From the sequence record SRR33789315_95: DNA of 64,000 nt; one strand, written 5' to 3'. The position numbers were made by a program, and so were the translations under genes. Shown piece by piece: positions 19,561 through 29,400 of the stretch. Position 1 is the first letter of the stretch, and each line of letters opens with the position of its first letter. Below the pieces are notes generated by a model that searched no databases, had not been told where the DNA came from, and saw nothing but the letters and a program-made list of their open reading frames with translations.

Positions 19561-20289
19561 ATGGGGAGAACCTTGGTCGTAGGAGATATACACGGTGCAT
19601 TAAAAGCTTTAAAACAAGTTTTGGAGCGAGCAAATGTAAACGAAAAAGATCATCTCATTTTCCTAGGAGATTATGTTGATGGATGGGGCGAAAGCGCACA
19701 AGTTATAGATTATTTGATTTTATTAAATAATGAATGGACTTGTACTTTTCTAAGAGGTAATCATGACGAACTCGCGTATGACTGGTTAACTACTGGTGAA
19801 ATGAATGAAAGTTGGTTGCGTCATGGAGGCAGAAAAACTATGGAATCCTATAAAGAAAAAAGCAACCGGGAAGTTGAAGTACACTTAGAGTTTTACCAAT
19901 CCATGATTAATTATAGGATAGATCCTAAAAAAAGACTTTTTCTTCACGCTGGATTTCAAAAGCAAGATGGACCACAATATGAATTTTATGAAAATCTGGT
20001 GTATTGGGATCGTACGTTATGGGAAATGGCTTGCGCACTAGATCCCAACATTTCTAAAGAAGATGACTTATATCCTAAACGTCTCAAACTATTTGATGAA
20101 ATATATATTGGACATACTCCTGTTACCCGTATAGGCTATACCACACCTGTAAAAAAAGGCAATGTCTGGAATGTAGATACGGGTGCCGCTTTTAAAGGTT
20201 CCATCACGATTATGGATATTGATTCTAAAGAATTTTGGCAAAGTGAACCCGTACACCTTTTATACCCTGATGAAAATGGGAGAAATTAA
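19561..20289 (+). CDS. Calcineurin-like metallophosphoesterase (PrpA/PPP-like)
   Basis: GDIHG, GDYVD, RGNHD, HAG, GHTP, VDTG. Confidence 0.92.
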   Translation: MGRTLVVGDIHGALKALKQVLERANVNEKDHLIFLGDYVDGWGESAQVIDYLILLNNEWTCTFLRGNHDELAYDWLTTGEMNESWLRHGGRKTMESYKEKSNREVEVHLEFYQSMINYRIDPKKRLFLHAGFQKQDGPQYEFYENLVYWDRTLWEMACALDPNISKEDDLYPKRLKLFDEIYIGHTPVTRIGYTTPVKKGNVWNVDTGAAFKGSITIMDIDSKEFWQSEPVHLLYPDENGRN

Positions 20290-20437
20290 AATAGTCCCAC
20301 ATAGAAACCCTACGTCAATGCCTATTTATTTCTTATTATTTAAAAATAAGACTGCCTTTTCCCCTTTACCCTTTAACTCATTTTTATAACCTCTAAATTA
20401 GAGTTATATTTATTGCAATCAAAAAGCATTTTTCATC

Positions 20438-21568
20438 ATGGGAATATTCGATAAAATAAAAGAAAAACTTACCAATGAATTTATCGACATAATCGAATGG
20501 CTCGATTATTCTGAAGATACCATTGCCCATCGTTTTGAACGCTATCAAAACGAGATCAAAAACAACGCAAAGCTTATTGTGCGCGAAGGACAAACAGCCG
20601 TTTTTGTAAATGAAGGACAAATCGCTGATATTTTTGGTCCGGGCACTTATACATTGAACACCCAAAACCTTCCTATTTTAACTACCCTTAAAAGCTGGAA
20701 ATACGGTTTTGACAGTCCCTTTAAAGCCGAAGTTTATTTCATAAATACCCACTTATTTACAGATGAAAAATGGGGTACTAAAAACCCAATCACTTTAAGT
20801 GACGAGCGCTTTGGATTGGTAGAAATTCGGGCTTTTGGTACGTATGCCTTCCGCATTAGTGATCCGGGAATATTCATCAAAGACATTGTAGGGACCGATA
20901 GCAATTTTACCAATTTTGAGATCAACGAGCATCTTAAAAGCCTTATTGCCACACGATTTACAGATACCGTAGGTCAAGCTAATCTTCCTATAGAACTATA
21001 TGCTGCCAATACCAGCGAACTTTCTGAAACCTGTAAAGAGGTGATGAAACCCGAGTTTGAATCTGTAGGTATCGAGCTCGCAAAATTCTATATAGAAAAC
21101 GTCTCAATGCCCGAAGAGCTCAAAAAAGAAATCTTTGAGTACAGCCGTCTTGACAAACTCGACATGGACAAGCTTACCCGTTTCAAAACTGCAAAAGCTA
21201 TTGAAGCTGCTGCAAAAAATGAAGGTGGTACTGCCGGTGCGGGTATGGGTATGGGCATGGGTTTTGTTCTTGCCAATCAAATGGGTGGATTGATGAATCC
21301 ACAAATGGGAGGTGCGCAAGCTGCTCCTGCTGCAATGAGTGCGCCGCCGCCAATGCCTGCTGCTGTTCAATATTATTATGCCGTAAATGGTCAACAACAA
21401 GGCCCTGTAGCATTTGAACAATTACAATCTTTATTTGCCAACCGTACCATAAACCGCAATTCCTTAATTTGGAAACAAGGGATGGATGGATGGAAAGGCC
21501 TTCAGGAAATAGACGAACTCAAATCTTTTTTAGGTGGAAATACCCCACCGCCACTTCCCACAGAATAA
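20438..21568 (+). CDS. SPFH/Band-7 protein (YdjI-like) with C-terminal GYF_2 domain
   Basis: LIVREGQTAVF, GFDSPFKAEVYF, KWGT, GAGMGMGMG, NGQQQGP...WKQGMDGW. Confidence 0.85.
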   Translation: MGIFDKIKEKLTNEFIDIIEWLDYSEDTIAHRFERYQNEIKNNAKLIVREGQTAVFVNEGQIADIFGPGTYTLNTQNLPILTTLKSWKYGFDSPFKAEVYFINTHLFTDEKWGTKNPITLSDERFGLVEIRAFGTYAFRISDPGIFIKDIVGTDSNFTNFEINEHLKSLIATRFTDTVGQANLPIELYAANTSELSETCKEVMKPEFESVGIELAKFYIENVSMPEELKKEIFEYSRLDKLDMDKLTRFKTAKAIEAAAKNEGGTAGAGMGMGMGFVLANQMGGLMNPQMGGAQAAPAAMSAPPPMPAAVQYYYAVNGQQQGPVAFEQLQSLFANRTINRNSLIWKQGMDGWKGLQEIDELKSFLGGNTPPPLPTE

Positions 21569-21601
21569 CAGTACGTTATTTCATTTAAGAGGTAAACTTT
21601 C

Positions 21602-22711
21602 ATGAGCGAACCCATTTCCCGAAAATCAGAATTAAAAAAAGCCTGTAAAAATTGTGGTGCTGAACTTAAATATAAGCCAGGCACCACTTCTGTTACTTGT
21701 GAATATTGTGGTTTTGAAGAAGCCATAGAACCGGATATCGATCGGTTAAAAGAACTTCCGCTTCGGGAATATCTTCAAGATATGGGTGGGCAGGCGCATA
21801 GCCAAGAAATCAGTATTTTAAACTGTAAAAACTGTGGCGCCAACCAGCACGTAGAAGAAAATTATAAATCCCTACAGTGTGTCTATTGTGGTACGCCATT
21901 GATTATGGAAGATGTCACCCACGAGCAATGGATTTTACCCGGTGCCGTATTGCCTTTTCAACTCGACCAAAAGAAATCACAAGCCATCTTTCAAGATTGG
22001 GTTAAAAAACTATGGTTTGCCCCAACCAACCTCAAAAAGGCAACGCTGGATCCTAAATTTACAAAAGGGCTTTACCTGCCGTATTGGACCTTTGATGCGC
22101 AGCTATATGCTAAATATAGTGGGCAACGTGGTGATTATTATTATGTCGAAAAAACCTATCGGGATCAAAAAGGACGAAGACAAACCCGTCAAGAACGCCG
22201 CACAAGTTGGACGCCAACTAGCGGAAGCGTGCAAGGTTTTGTAGATGATACCTTGATCAAAGCATCCCAACAGCGTACAGAACGGGTGCCTACCAAAATT
22301 GCCCGTTGGGACCTCAAAAAATTACAGCCTTTTGATAACAAATTCTTAGCCGGTTTTGTGACCGAAAAATATACCATTCCGTTAAAAGACGGACATCTGG
22401 CCTCAAATGAGGAGATGAAGCAAATAGCCTCGCGTTGGGCTAGGCGGGACATTGGTGGAGATGAACAGCGCATTTCCGGTTTATCCATGCAACTGGAAGA
22501 AGAAACCTTTAAACACATCCTTTTGCCCGTGTATGTAAGCGCCTACTCGTTTAATGGCAAAGATTATAACTTCTATATTAATGGCGAAAACGGAACCCTT
22601 TCCGGAAACAGACCCTATTCAGTTTGGAAAATCGTATTTGCTGTTTTAGCCGCTTTACTTTTAATTCTTGTTATTTATTTCTTTGCGGAAGGAAATGTGG
22701 TGAAGTATTAA
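21602..22711 (+). CDS. Zinc-ribbon membrane protein (YdjG-like)
   Basis: Four CxxC motifs (CKNC, CEYC, CKNC, CVYC), YLPYWTFD, LLPVY, C-terminal TM. Confidence 0.75.
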   Translation: MSEPISRKSELKKACKNCGAELKYKPGTTSVTCEYCGFEEAIEPDIDRLKELPLREYLQDMGGQAHSQEISILNCKNCGANQHVEENYKSLQCVYCGTPLIMEDVTHEQWILPGAVLPFQLDQKKSQAIFQDWVKKLWFAPTNLKKATLDPKFTKGLYLPYWTFDAQLYAKYSGQRGDYYYVEKTYRDQKGRRQTRQERRTSWTPTSGSVQGFVDDTLIKASQQRTERVPTKIARWDLKKLQPFDNKFLAGFVTEKYTIPLKDGHLASNEEMKQIASRWARRDIGGDEQRISGLSMQLEEETFKHILLPVYVSAYSFNGKDYNFYINGENGTLSGNRPYSVWKIVFAVLAALLLILVIYFFAEGNVVKY

Positions 22712-22712
22712 C

Positions 22713-24266
22713 CTACAAATCAAATTTAATTCCTTGCGCCAGCGGAAGCTCAGTCGTATAATTAATCGTATTGGTTTGTCTGCGCATATATACCTTCCAC
22801 GCATCAGAGCCGCTTTCACGACCGCCACCGGTTTCTTTTTCGCCGCCAAAAGCACCACCTATTTCTGCCCCAGAAGTGCCTATGTTCACATTCGCTATCC
22901 CGCAATCACTTCCTGCCTGACTCAGAAAAAGTTCGGCTTCGCGTAAATTAGTAGTCATAATCGCAGAAGACAAGCCTTGTTTCACACCATTTTGTATGGC
23001 AATAGCGTTTTCAACACCACCAGTATATTTTAATAGATACAAAATAGGAGCAAAGGTTTCATGCTGCACGATTTCAAAACTGTTCTTGGCTTCGGCAATA
23101 GCAGGTTTTACATAACAACCGCTTTCATAACCTTCGCCTTCCAGAACGCCACCGGGAATAAGCAATTTTCCACCTTCTGCTTCCACTTTTGCCAATGCTT
23201 TTTCATACATCGCAACGGCACTTTTATCAATCAACGGACCCATATGATTGTTTTCATCCAACGGATTTCCGATTTTAATCTGCTTATACGCACTCGCAAT
23301 CGCTTCTTTTACCGTGTCATACATGCTTTCGTGAATAATCAATCTTCGGGTAGACGTACAGCGTTGCCCGGCAGTTCCTACAGCACCAAAAACAGCACCG
23401 ATTACAGTCATTTTTACATCTGCATCTGGAGTAACGATAATGGCATTGTTTCCGCCTAATTCTAATAGCGTTTTGCCTAACCGACCCGCTACAGTTTTAG
23501 CCACTTCTTTCCCCATTCGGGTAGAACCAGTTGCAGAAACCAGTGGAATTCGAGCTTCGTGTGTCATCATTTCGCCCACTTTATAATCTCCGTTTATCAA
23601 GCAAGAAACACCTTCTGGCACGTCGTTTTTTGCAAAAACCCGAGCCGCTATTTGTTGACAAGCGATTCCGGTAACGGGCGTTTTTTCTGAAGGTTTCCAG
23701 ATTGCAACATCGCCACAAATCCAAGCCAACGCCGTATTCCAACTCCACACAGCCACGGGAAAATTAAATGCCGAAATAATACCCACAATTCCTAACGGGT
23801 GATATTGATCGTACATACGATGTCCGGGACGTTCAGAATGAATGGTGTTACCATACAATTGTCGGGAAAGTCCAACTGCAAAATCGCAGATATCGATCAT
23901 CTCCTGTACTTCGCCCAACCCTTCTTGATAAGATTTTCCCATTTCGTAAGAAACGAGTTTTCCCAAAGGTGCTTTTAACCTTCTCAACTCTTCGCCAAAC
24001 TGCCGTACGATTTCTCCACGTTGTGGCGCGGGTTTCATGCGCCAGTGCTTAAAAGCTTTGGTAGCAGTAGCCACCACTTTTTCAAATTCTTCTGGTGTAG
24101 TCGTGGTTACTTTCGCGATAAGCGCACCATCTACTGGAGAATAAGAGGCCAAGGTTTCGCCTTTCATATAACTTTCCTGACCTGTTGAGGTTCCTGCGTT
24201 TAAAGATTGAACGCCGAGTTCTTCAAGTATAGGTTGTATATCAAAAGATAAAGTGGTTATAGACAT
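22713..24266 (-). CDS. ALDH7-type aldehyde dehydrogenase (aminoadipate-semialdehyde / piperideine-6-carboxylate dehydrogenase-like)
   Basis: AFNFP, ELGGNN, GQRCTS, GGRESGSDAWK, LPLAQGIKF. Confidence 0.9.
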   Translation of the reverse strand: MSITTLSFDIQPILEELGVQSLNAGTSTGQESYMKGETLASYSPVDGALIAKVTTTTPEEFEKVVATATKAFKHWRMKPAPQRGEIVRQFGEELRRLKAPLGKLVSYEMGKSYQEGLGEVQEMIDICDFAVGLSRQLYGNTIHSERPGHRMYDQYHPLGIVGIISAFNFPVAVWSWNTALAWICGDVAIWKPSEKTPVTGIACQQIAARVFAKNDVPEGVSCLINGDYKVGEMMTHEARIPLVSATGSTRMGKEVAKTVAGRLGKTLLELGGNNAIIVTPDADVKMTVIGAVFGAVGTAGQRCTSTRRLIIHESMYDTVKEAIASAYKQIKIGNPLDENNHMGPLIDKSAVAMYEKALAKVEAEGGKLLIPGGVLEGEGYESGCYVKPAIAEAKNSFEIVQHETFAPILYLLKYTGGVENAIAIQNGVKQGLSSAIMTTNLREAELFLSQAGSDCGIANVNIGTSGAEIGGAFGGEKETGGGRESGSDAWKVYMRRQTNTINYTTELPLAQGIKFDL

Positions 24267-24300
24267 GAGCTTTTTTTAAGGTATTCTTTAGGGTAAATAG

Positions 24301-24843
24301 TTAATCTTCAGTAGCTACAAAACGGGGATCGGCTTCCATCACATGGCCGCAATTATCACACGTGCGTAATTCCTCGCTTCCGTAGAAAATTTCAAAATGT
24401 TTTAAGAAATCTTTTTCGATATCATTAAGCGGAAAATACACTTCATACAATTTATGATTGCAGTTGTCACAGAACCAAAGCAGTCCGTCTTTGCCTTCCA
24501 GATCGGCACGTTTGCGCTCAACTACAAGCCCTATTGAATTTTCCTTGCGCACGGGAGAATGTGGCACTTTGGCTGGGTGCAAATACATATCGCCGGGACC
24601 TAGTTTCATGGTGCGTTTTACACCTTCGTCCTGTACATGAACTTCAATCTCACCTTCCAGTTGAAAGAACAATTCTTCGGTCTCATTATAATGGTAATCC
24701 TTGCGGGCATTAGGCCCGGCAACTACCATCACGATATAATCGTCAGCATCTTTGTATAGGTTTTTGTTCCCAACAGGTGGCTTTAATAAATCTCTATTTT
24801 CTTCAACCCATTGGGTAAGGTTAAAGGGTTTTGCAATTGCCAT
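24301..24843 (-). CDS. nbaC: 3-hydroxyanthranilate 3,4-dioxygenase
   Basis: LKPPVGNK, GPNARKDYH, HSP, rubredoxin-like CDNC...CDNC. Confidence 0.93.
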   Translation of the reverse strand: MAIAKPFNLTQWVEENRDLLKPPVGNKNLYKDADDYIVMVVAGPNARKDYHYNETEELFFQLEGEIEVHVQDEGVKRTMKLGPGDMYLHPAKVPHSPVRKENSIGLVVERKRADLEGKDGLLWFCDNCNHKLYEVYFPLNDIEKDFLKHFEIFYGSEELRTCDNCGHVMEADPRFVATED

Positions 24844-24974
24844 AATCTTGATTTTATTTTAAAATTACGATAATAATCATGGGTTCAAAAATTAAAATTA
24901 TTCTATGCGTTTTAAATTCGGTTTTAAGCGACAGACCTATTGGTTTTATTAACTTTAACCCAAACTCCTTTTTG

Positions 24975-26045
24975 ATGAAACCAATCTACTTTTTATGCAC
25001 GCTTTTAATGCTTTTATTTTCCTGCGAAAGCAAAACAACAAACACTTCTGATACGGCTAAAGCTGAAATCACTAGCGAAACACACGAACCTTTTGCGATC
25101 GTAATTCACGGAGGCGCAGGCACCATTTTAAAGGAAAATATGACCGATTCTCTGGAATTAGCCTACAAAACCATACTCACCCAAGCTATTAAAACTGGTC
25201 ATAAAATCCTTGCAGATGGTGGCACCGCCATAGAAGCCGTGCAACGTACTATTAATGTGATGGAGAATTCACCCTTATTCAATTCTGGAAAAGGTGCTGT
25301 ATTTACCCACGAGGGCAAAAACGAACTCGATGCCTCAATTATGGATGGCAAAACCCTCAATGCAGGCGCAGTGGCCGGCGTAACGGTAGTGAAGAACCCT
25401 ATTAATCTCGCTTATGAAGTCATGGTAAATTCGGAGCATGTCTTGTTGAGCGGTAAAGGCGCCGAAGAATTTGCGAAAGAAAAAGGACTTGAAATTGTAG
25501 ATCCCAGTTATTTCTATACCGAAAACCGCTACCAAGCGTTGCAACGTATTTTAGAAAAAGAAAAAGCCGAGCTTGACCACGATGGCGGTACGGCATTTTA
25601 TGATCCTTTTATCAAAGATGAAAAATTTGGAACCGTAGGTTGTGTCGCTCTCGATAAAGACGGAAACCTTGCTGCAGGCACCTCAACCGGCGGGATGACC
25701 AACAAGCGCTGGAACCGTATCGGGGATTCACCCATTATTGGTGCAGGAACGTATGCCAACAATGCCACATGTGGTGTTTCATCAACTGGTTGGGGAGAAT
25801 ATTTTATACGTGGGATGGTGGCGCACGATATTTCGGCGATGATGGAGTATGGTCACCTCACACTCACCGAAGCCACGCACAAAGTCATTCAGGAAAAACT
25901 CACGCAGTTGGGCGGAACCGGTGGCGTGATTGCACTTGATAAAAACGGGAAGGTTTCTATGGAATTTAACACCGCAGGCATGTATCGCGCTTATATGAAT
26001 GGTACTGGTGAACTTACGTTAGGTATTTATAAAACAGAAGAATAA
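24975..26045 (+). CDS. iaaA: Isoaspartyl peptidase/L-asparaginase (Ntn hydrolase), predicted lipoprotein
   Basis: HGGAG, GTVG nucleophile, TSTGG, RIGDSP; lipobox LLFSC after ATG 24975. Confidence 0.9.
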   Translation: MKPIYFLCTLLMLLFSCESKTTNTSDTAKAEITSETHEPFAIVIHGGAGTILKENMTDSLELAYKTILTQAIKTGHKILADGGTAIEAVQRTINVMENSPLFNSGKGAVFTHEGKNELDASIMDGKTLNAGAVAGVTVVKNPINLAYEVMVNSEHVLLSGKGAEEFAKEKGLEIVDPSYFYTENRYQALQRILEKEKAELDHDGGTAFYDPFIKDEKFGTVGCVALDKDGNLAAGTSTGGMTNKRWNRIGDSPIIGAGTYANNATCGVSSTGWGEYFIRGMVAHDISAMMEYGHLTLTEATHKVIQEKLTQLGGTGGVIALDKNGKVSMEFNTAGMYRAYMNGTGELTLGIYKTEE

Positions 26046-26362
26046 TGCAACTGGAATCACCTTATTATGCGGTTATTTTTACTTCTACGCTTCGCGAAAA
26101 CACCGTCGGCTATTCCGAAATGGCGGATAGAATGGAATTCTTAGCGAGACAACAACCCGGTTATTTGGGAATAGATCACGCACGAAGCGAGCAAGGAATT
26201 ACCATTTCCTATTGGAAGGATTTGGCTGCTATTCAAGCCTGGAAAGAGCATCCGGAACATCTGGAAGCACAAGAAAAAGGAAAATCGCATTGGTACGAAA
26301 AATACGCCTTGCGCATTTGTAAAGTAGAACGAGAATATTTCTTTTCAAAAACAACCTCATAA
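26045..26362 (+). CDS. Antibiotic biosynthesis monooxygenase (ABM) domain protein
   Basis: PYYAVIF, QPGYLG, GITISYW, HLEAQEKG. Confidence 0.85.
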   Translation: MQLESPYYAVIFTSTLRENTVGYSEMADRMEFLARQQPGYLGIDHARSEQGITISYWKDLAAIQAWKEHPEHLEAQEKGKSHWYEKYALRICKVEREYFFSKTTS

Positions 26363-26421
26363 CCATACCAATATCCAACTTTAGCCGTTCAAAATACAAC
26401 TACTCAAACCTTTGCGCCACC

Positions 26422-29400
26422 ATGAATTCTAAGATCTTATTTTCGCTTTTTCTATTTGCACTTCTTACGGCTTGTGGTAAAAAGGAACAAACAGAAACAG
26501 ATAACCTGTTTAAATTCAAAGAATATATTTCGTACAATACCAGCGGGATTCAATCGGTTGCGGCGCCCATACGTATTGAACTGGCAAAGCCGGTAACCCA
26601 ATACGAACTTACGCAAGAATTACCTGCCGAATATGTTCAAATAAGCCCAAAAACAGCAGGAATACTTACGATAGAAAATGGGCGCACGCTTGTTTTTCAA
26701 CCCTCAGAACCGCTACAAGCAGACACCGAATATTCGGTCACCGTTAAGCTTTCTAAATTTTATACCAACCTCGAAAAGGAGTTTGCTAGTTATACCTTCA
26801 GTTTTAAAACCATTGCCAAAAATTTTAAAGTAGATCTTGGTAATTTACAATCCTATAGCAAAGCCTGGCAGTATGTCACCGGCACGTTAGAAACTTCTGA
26901 TGTAATTTCGTTAGCACAAGCCCAAAAGCTAATTGCTGCCCAACAAGATAAGAAAGCACTCCCTATTACCTGGCCAAAAACAGCTGAAGACGGACGGTTT
27001 TTCAACTTTACCATAGACAGCATAAGCCGTAAAATAGACGACGATCAAATCTTGGTACAATGGGATGGAAAGTCTATAGGCGCAGACAATCAAGGTGAAA
27101 ACACCCTAGGCATTCCCGGTCAAAATAATTTTACGGTCATCGATGTACGCACCACTATTGGCCCAGAATCTTCTCTTGCCATAAACTTCTCAGATCCCAT
27201 TCTAGAAAAACAAAATTTTGCCGGTTTGGTTACGCTAGAAAAAAGCGAAAACCTACGTTTTGAAGCCAATGGCAACGTTTTATATGTGTATCCGGCAAAT
27301 CCCATAACAGGAAATACCAGAGTCACGGTTTTTAATGGTATTAAAAATACCGAAGGTTTTAAACTAAAAACCGAATTCTCAGAACTGGTTTCTTTCGAAC
27401 AACTCAAACCTGCTGTGCGTTTTCTCACCAGCGGCACGATTTTGCCCAGTGCTCAAAGCACGCCAATCTATTTTGAAGCGGTTAATCTTTCGGCAGTCGA
27501 TGTGCGGGTCATTAAGATTTTTCAAAACAACATCCTTCAGTTTTTACAGGAAGAAGACCTCAGCTCGCTGTATGACCTGAAACGGGTAGGCAGGCGCATT
27601 GCCAAAAAAACAATTGTTCTTGAGGATGCATCAAATTCGATGGGTACTTGGAAAGCACACGGCATCGATTTATCTGAATTGTTTCAGGCGGATCCCGGTG
27701 CCTTGTACAGTATTGAACTGAGTTTTAAACCAGAATATAGCTTGTATAGATGTGACGGTGTTTCCGAAGAAATAAAAAAAGAAAACTTAACCTATACCGA
27801 TAACCTTCCTACTGCTGAAGATTTACGCGAAGAAGCCTATTGGGATAACGAACTTTATAGCTGGCGCAATACGGAGTATAACTGGAATGAGCGTGATAAT
27901 CCTTGCCATCCTGCCTATTATGATGATGAGCGCTTCCCGCAGACCAATGTTTTGGGTTCAGACTTGGGGCTAATTGTGAAAGAAAGTGACAATCAATCGT
28001 ATCATTTTGTGGCAAACAACCTGCTCACAACAGCTCCTGAGATGGGCACAACCATCAAATTATACAACTACCAGCAGCAATTAATCGCTACGGTTACCAC
28101 AGATGAGCAAGGCTTTGCGGTTTATGATAGTGATCGTGACGCGGCTTTTGCAGTGGCTCAAAAAGGAAATAATTACGCTTACGCGAAATTAGATGACGGC
28201 AATGCGCTCTCGTTGAGCAAATTTGACATTTCCGGGAAACGCCTCCAACGCGGATTAAAAGGATATCTCTATACCGAAAGAGGCGTACATCGCCCCGGTG
28301 ACAGCATTCACCTAACCTTTGTGCTGAATGACAATGCAAACCCGTTACCCGATAATCACCCCATAAAACTCGAGGTCAAAGATGCCCGCGGAACGTTGAT
28401 ACAACGCGAAGTTACTACCAAAGGAGCTGCTACGGCAAACGCAGCAAATGGATTTTATTATTTCCCAATAACTACGACGGCAACAGCACCTACCGGCAAT
28501 TGGAACGCCACTATAAGCGTAGGCGGCGCCAAATTTAGCAAGACTTTAAAAGTGGCTACAGTTAAGCCCAACCGTTTAAAATTAAAATTGGATTTTGATG
28601 ACGAAATCCTTTCAGGTACTAAACCCATTACTGGCACCGTGAGTGCCATGTGGTTACACGGCTCCCCGGGACGTAATCTGGATGTAGAGATGGAAGCTAC
28701 CATAACGGCTTCAACGAGTGGTTTTGCTGCCTTTCCAACCTATGAATTTACAGATCCCGTGCGGGAGTTTGAAAAAGTGGAATTTCCGATTTTAAAGAAG
28801 ACGCTTTCCGAAGCAGGTAGCACAAGTTTTAGTAAGCAACTCGAGCTCAATACCCAAGCGCCCGGTATGCTGGAAGCGACTTTTCTGACTAAGGTTTTTG
28901 AAGGCGGTGGCGATTTTTCAATGGACGTATTTACTAAAAAACTGGCTCCATTTTCTTATTTTGTGGGATTGCACGCTCCCGAACCGCGAGAATACGGTTC
29001 GTATTTTACAGACGAAAACACCGTCTTTGATGTGGTCACGGTAAATGATCAAGGCCAAGTTACGCCCAACCGAAAGCTGGAAGTCAAGATTTTTAAAATA
29101 GAATGGCGCTGGTGGTGGAATCGCGGCAGCGATAACCTTTCGCGTTATGAAAATGCTTCGGTGCATCGTCCTGTAAGAGAATTTGAAATCACTTCTGGAG
29201 GGAATGGTAAAACCAGTTTTACAGTTAATATTCCAGATCGTGACGGCGGCCGTTATCTCATTCGGGTGATCGATAAGGCATCGGGTCACGCTGTAGGAAA
29301 AACAGCTTATTTCTATAGAAATTGGGATTCTAGTCCGCAAGATGGTGATGCAGAAAGTGCTAAAATGCTCGTCTTTTCTGCCGATAAAGACAAATACCAA

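Noticed and set aside
21602-22711. Possible PriA/helicase label for the Zn-ribbon protein
   Set aside because: No Walker A/B or helicase motifs; only CxxC pairs and a TM.
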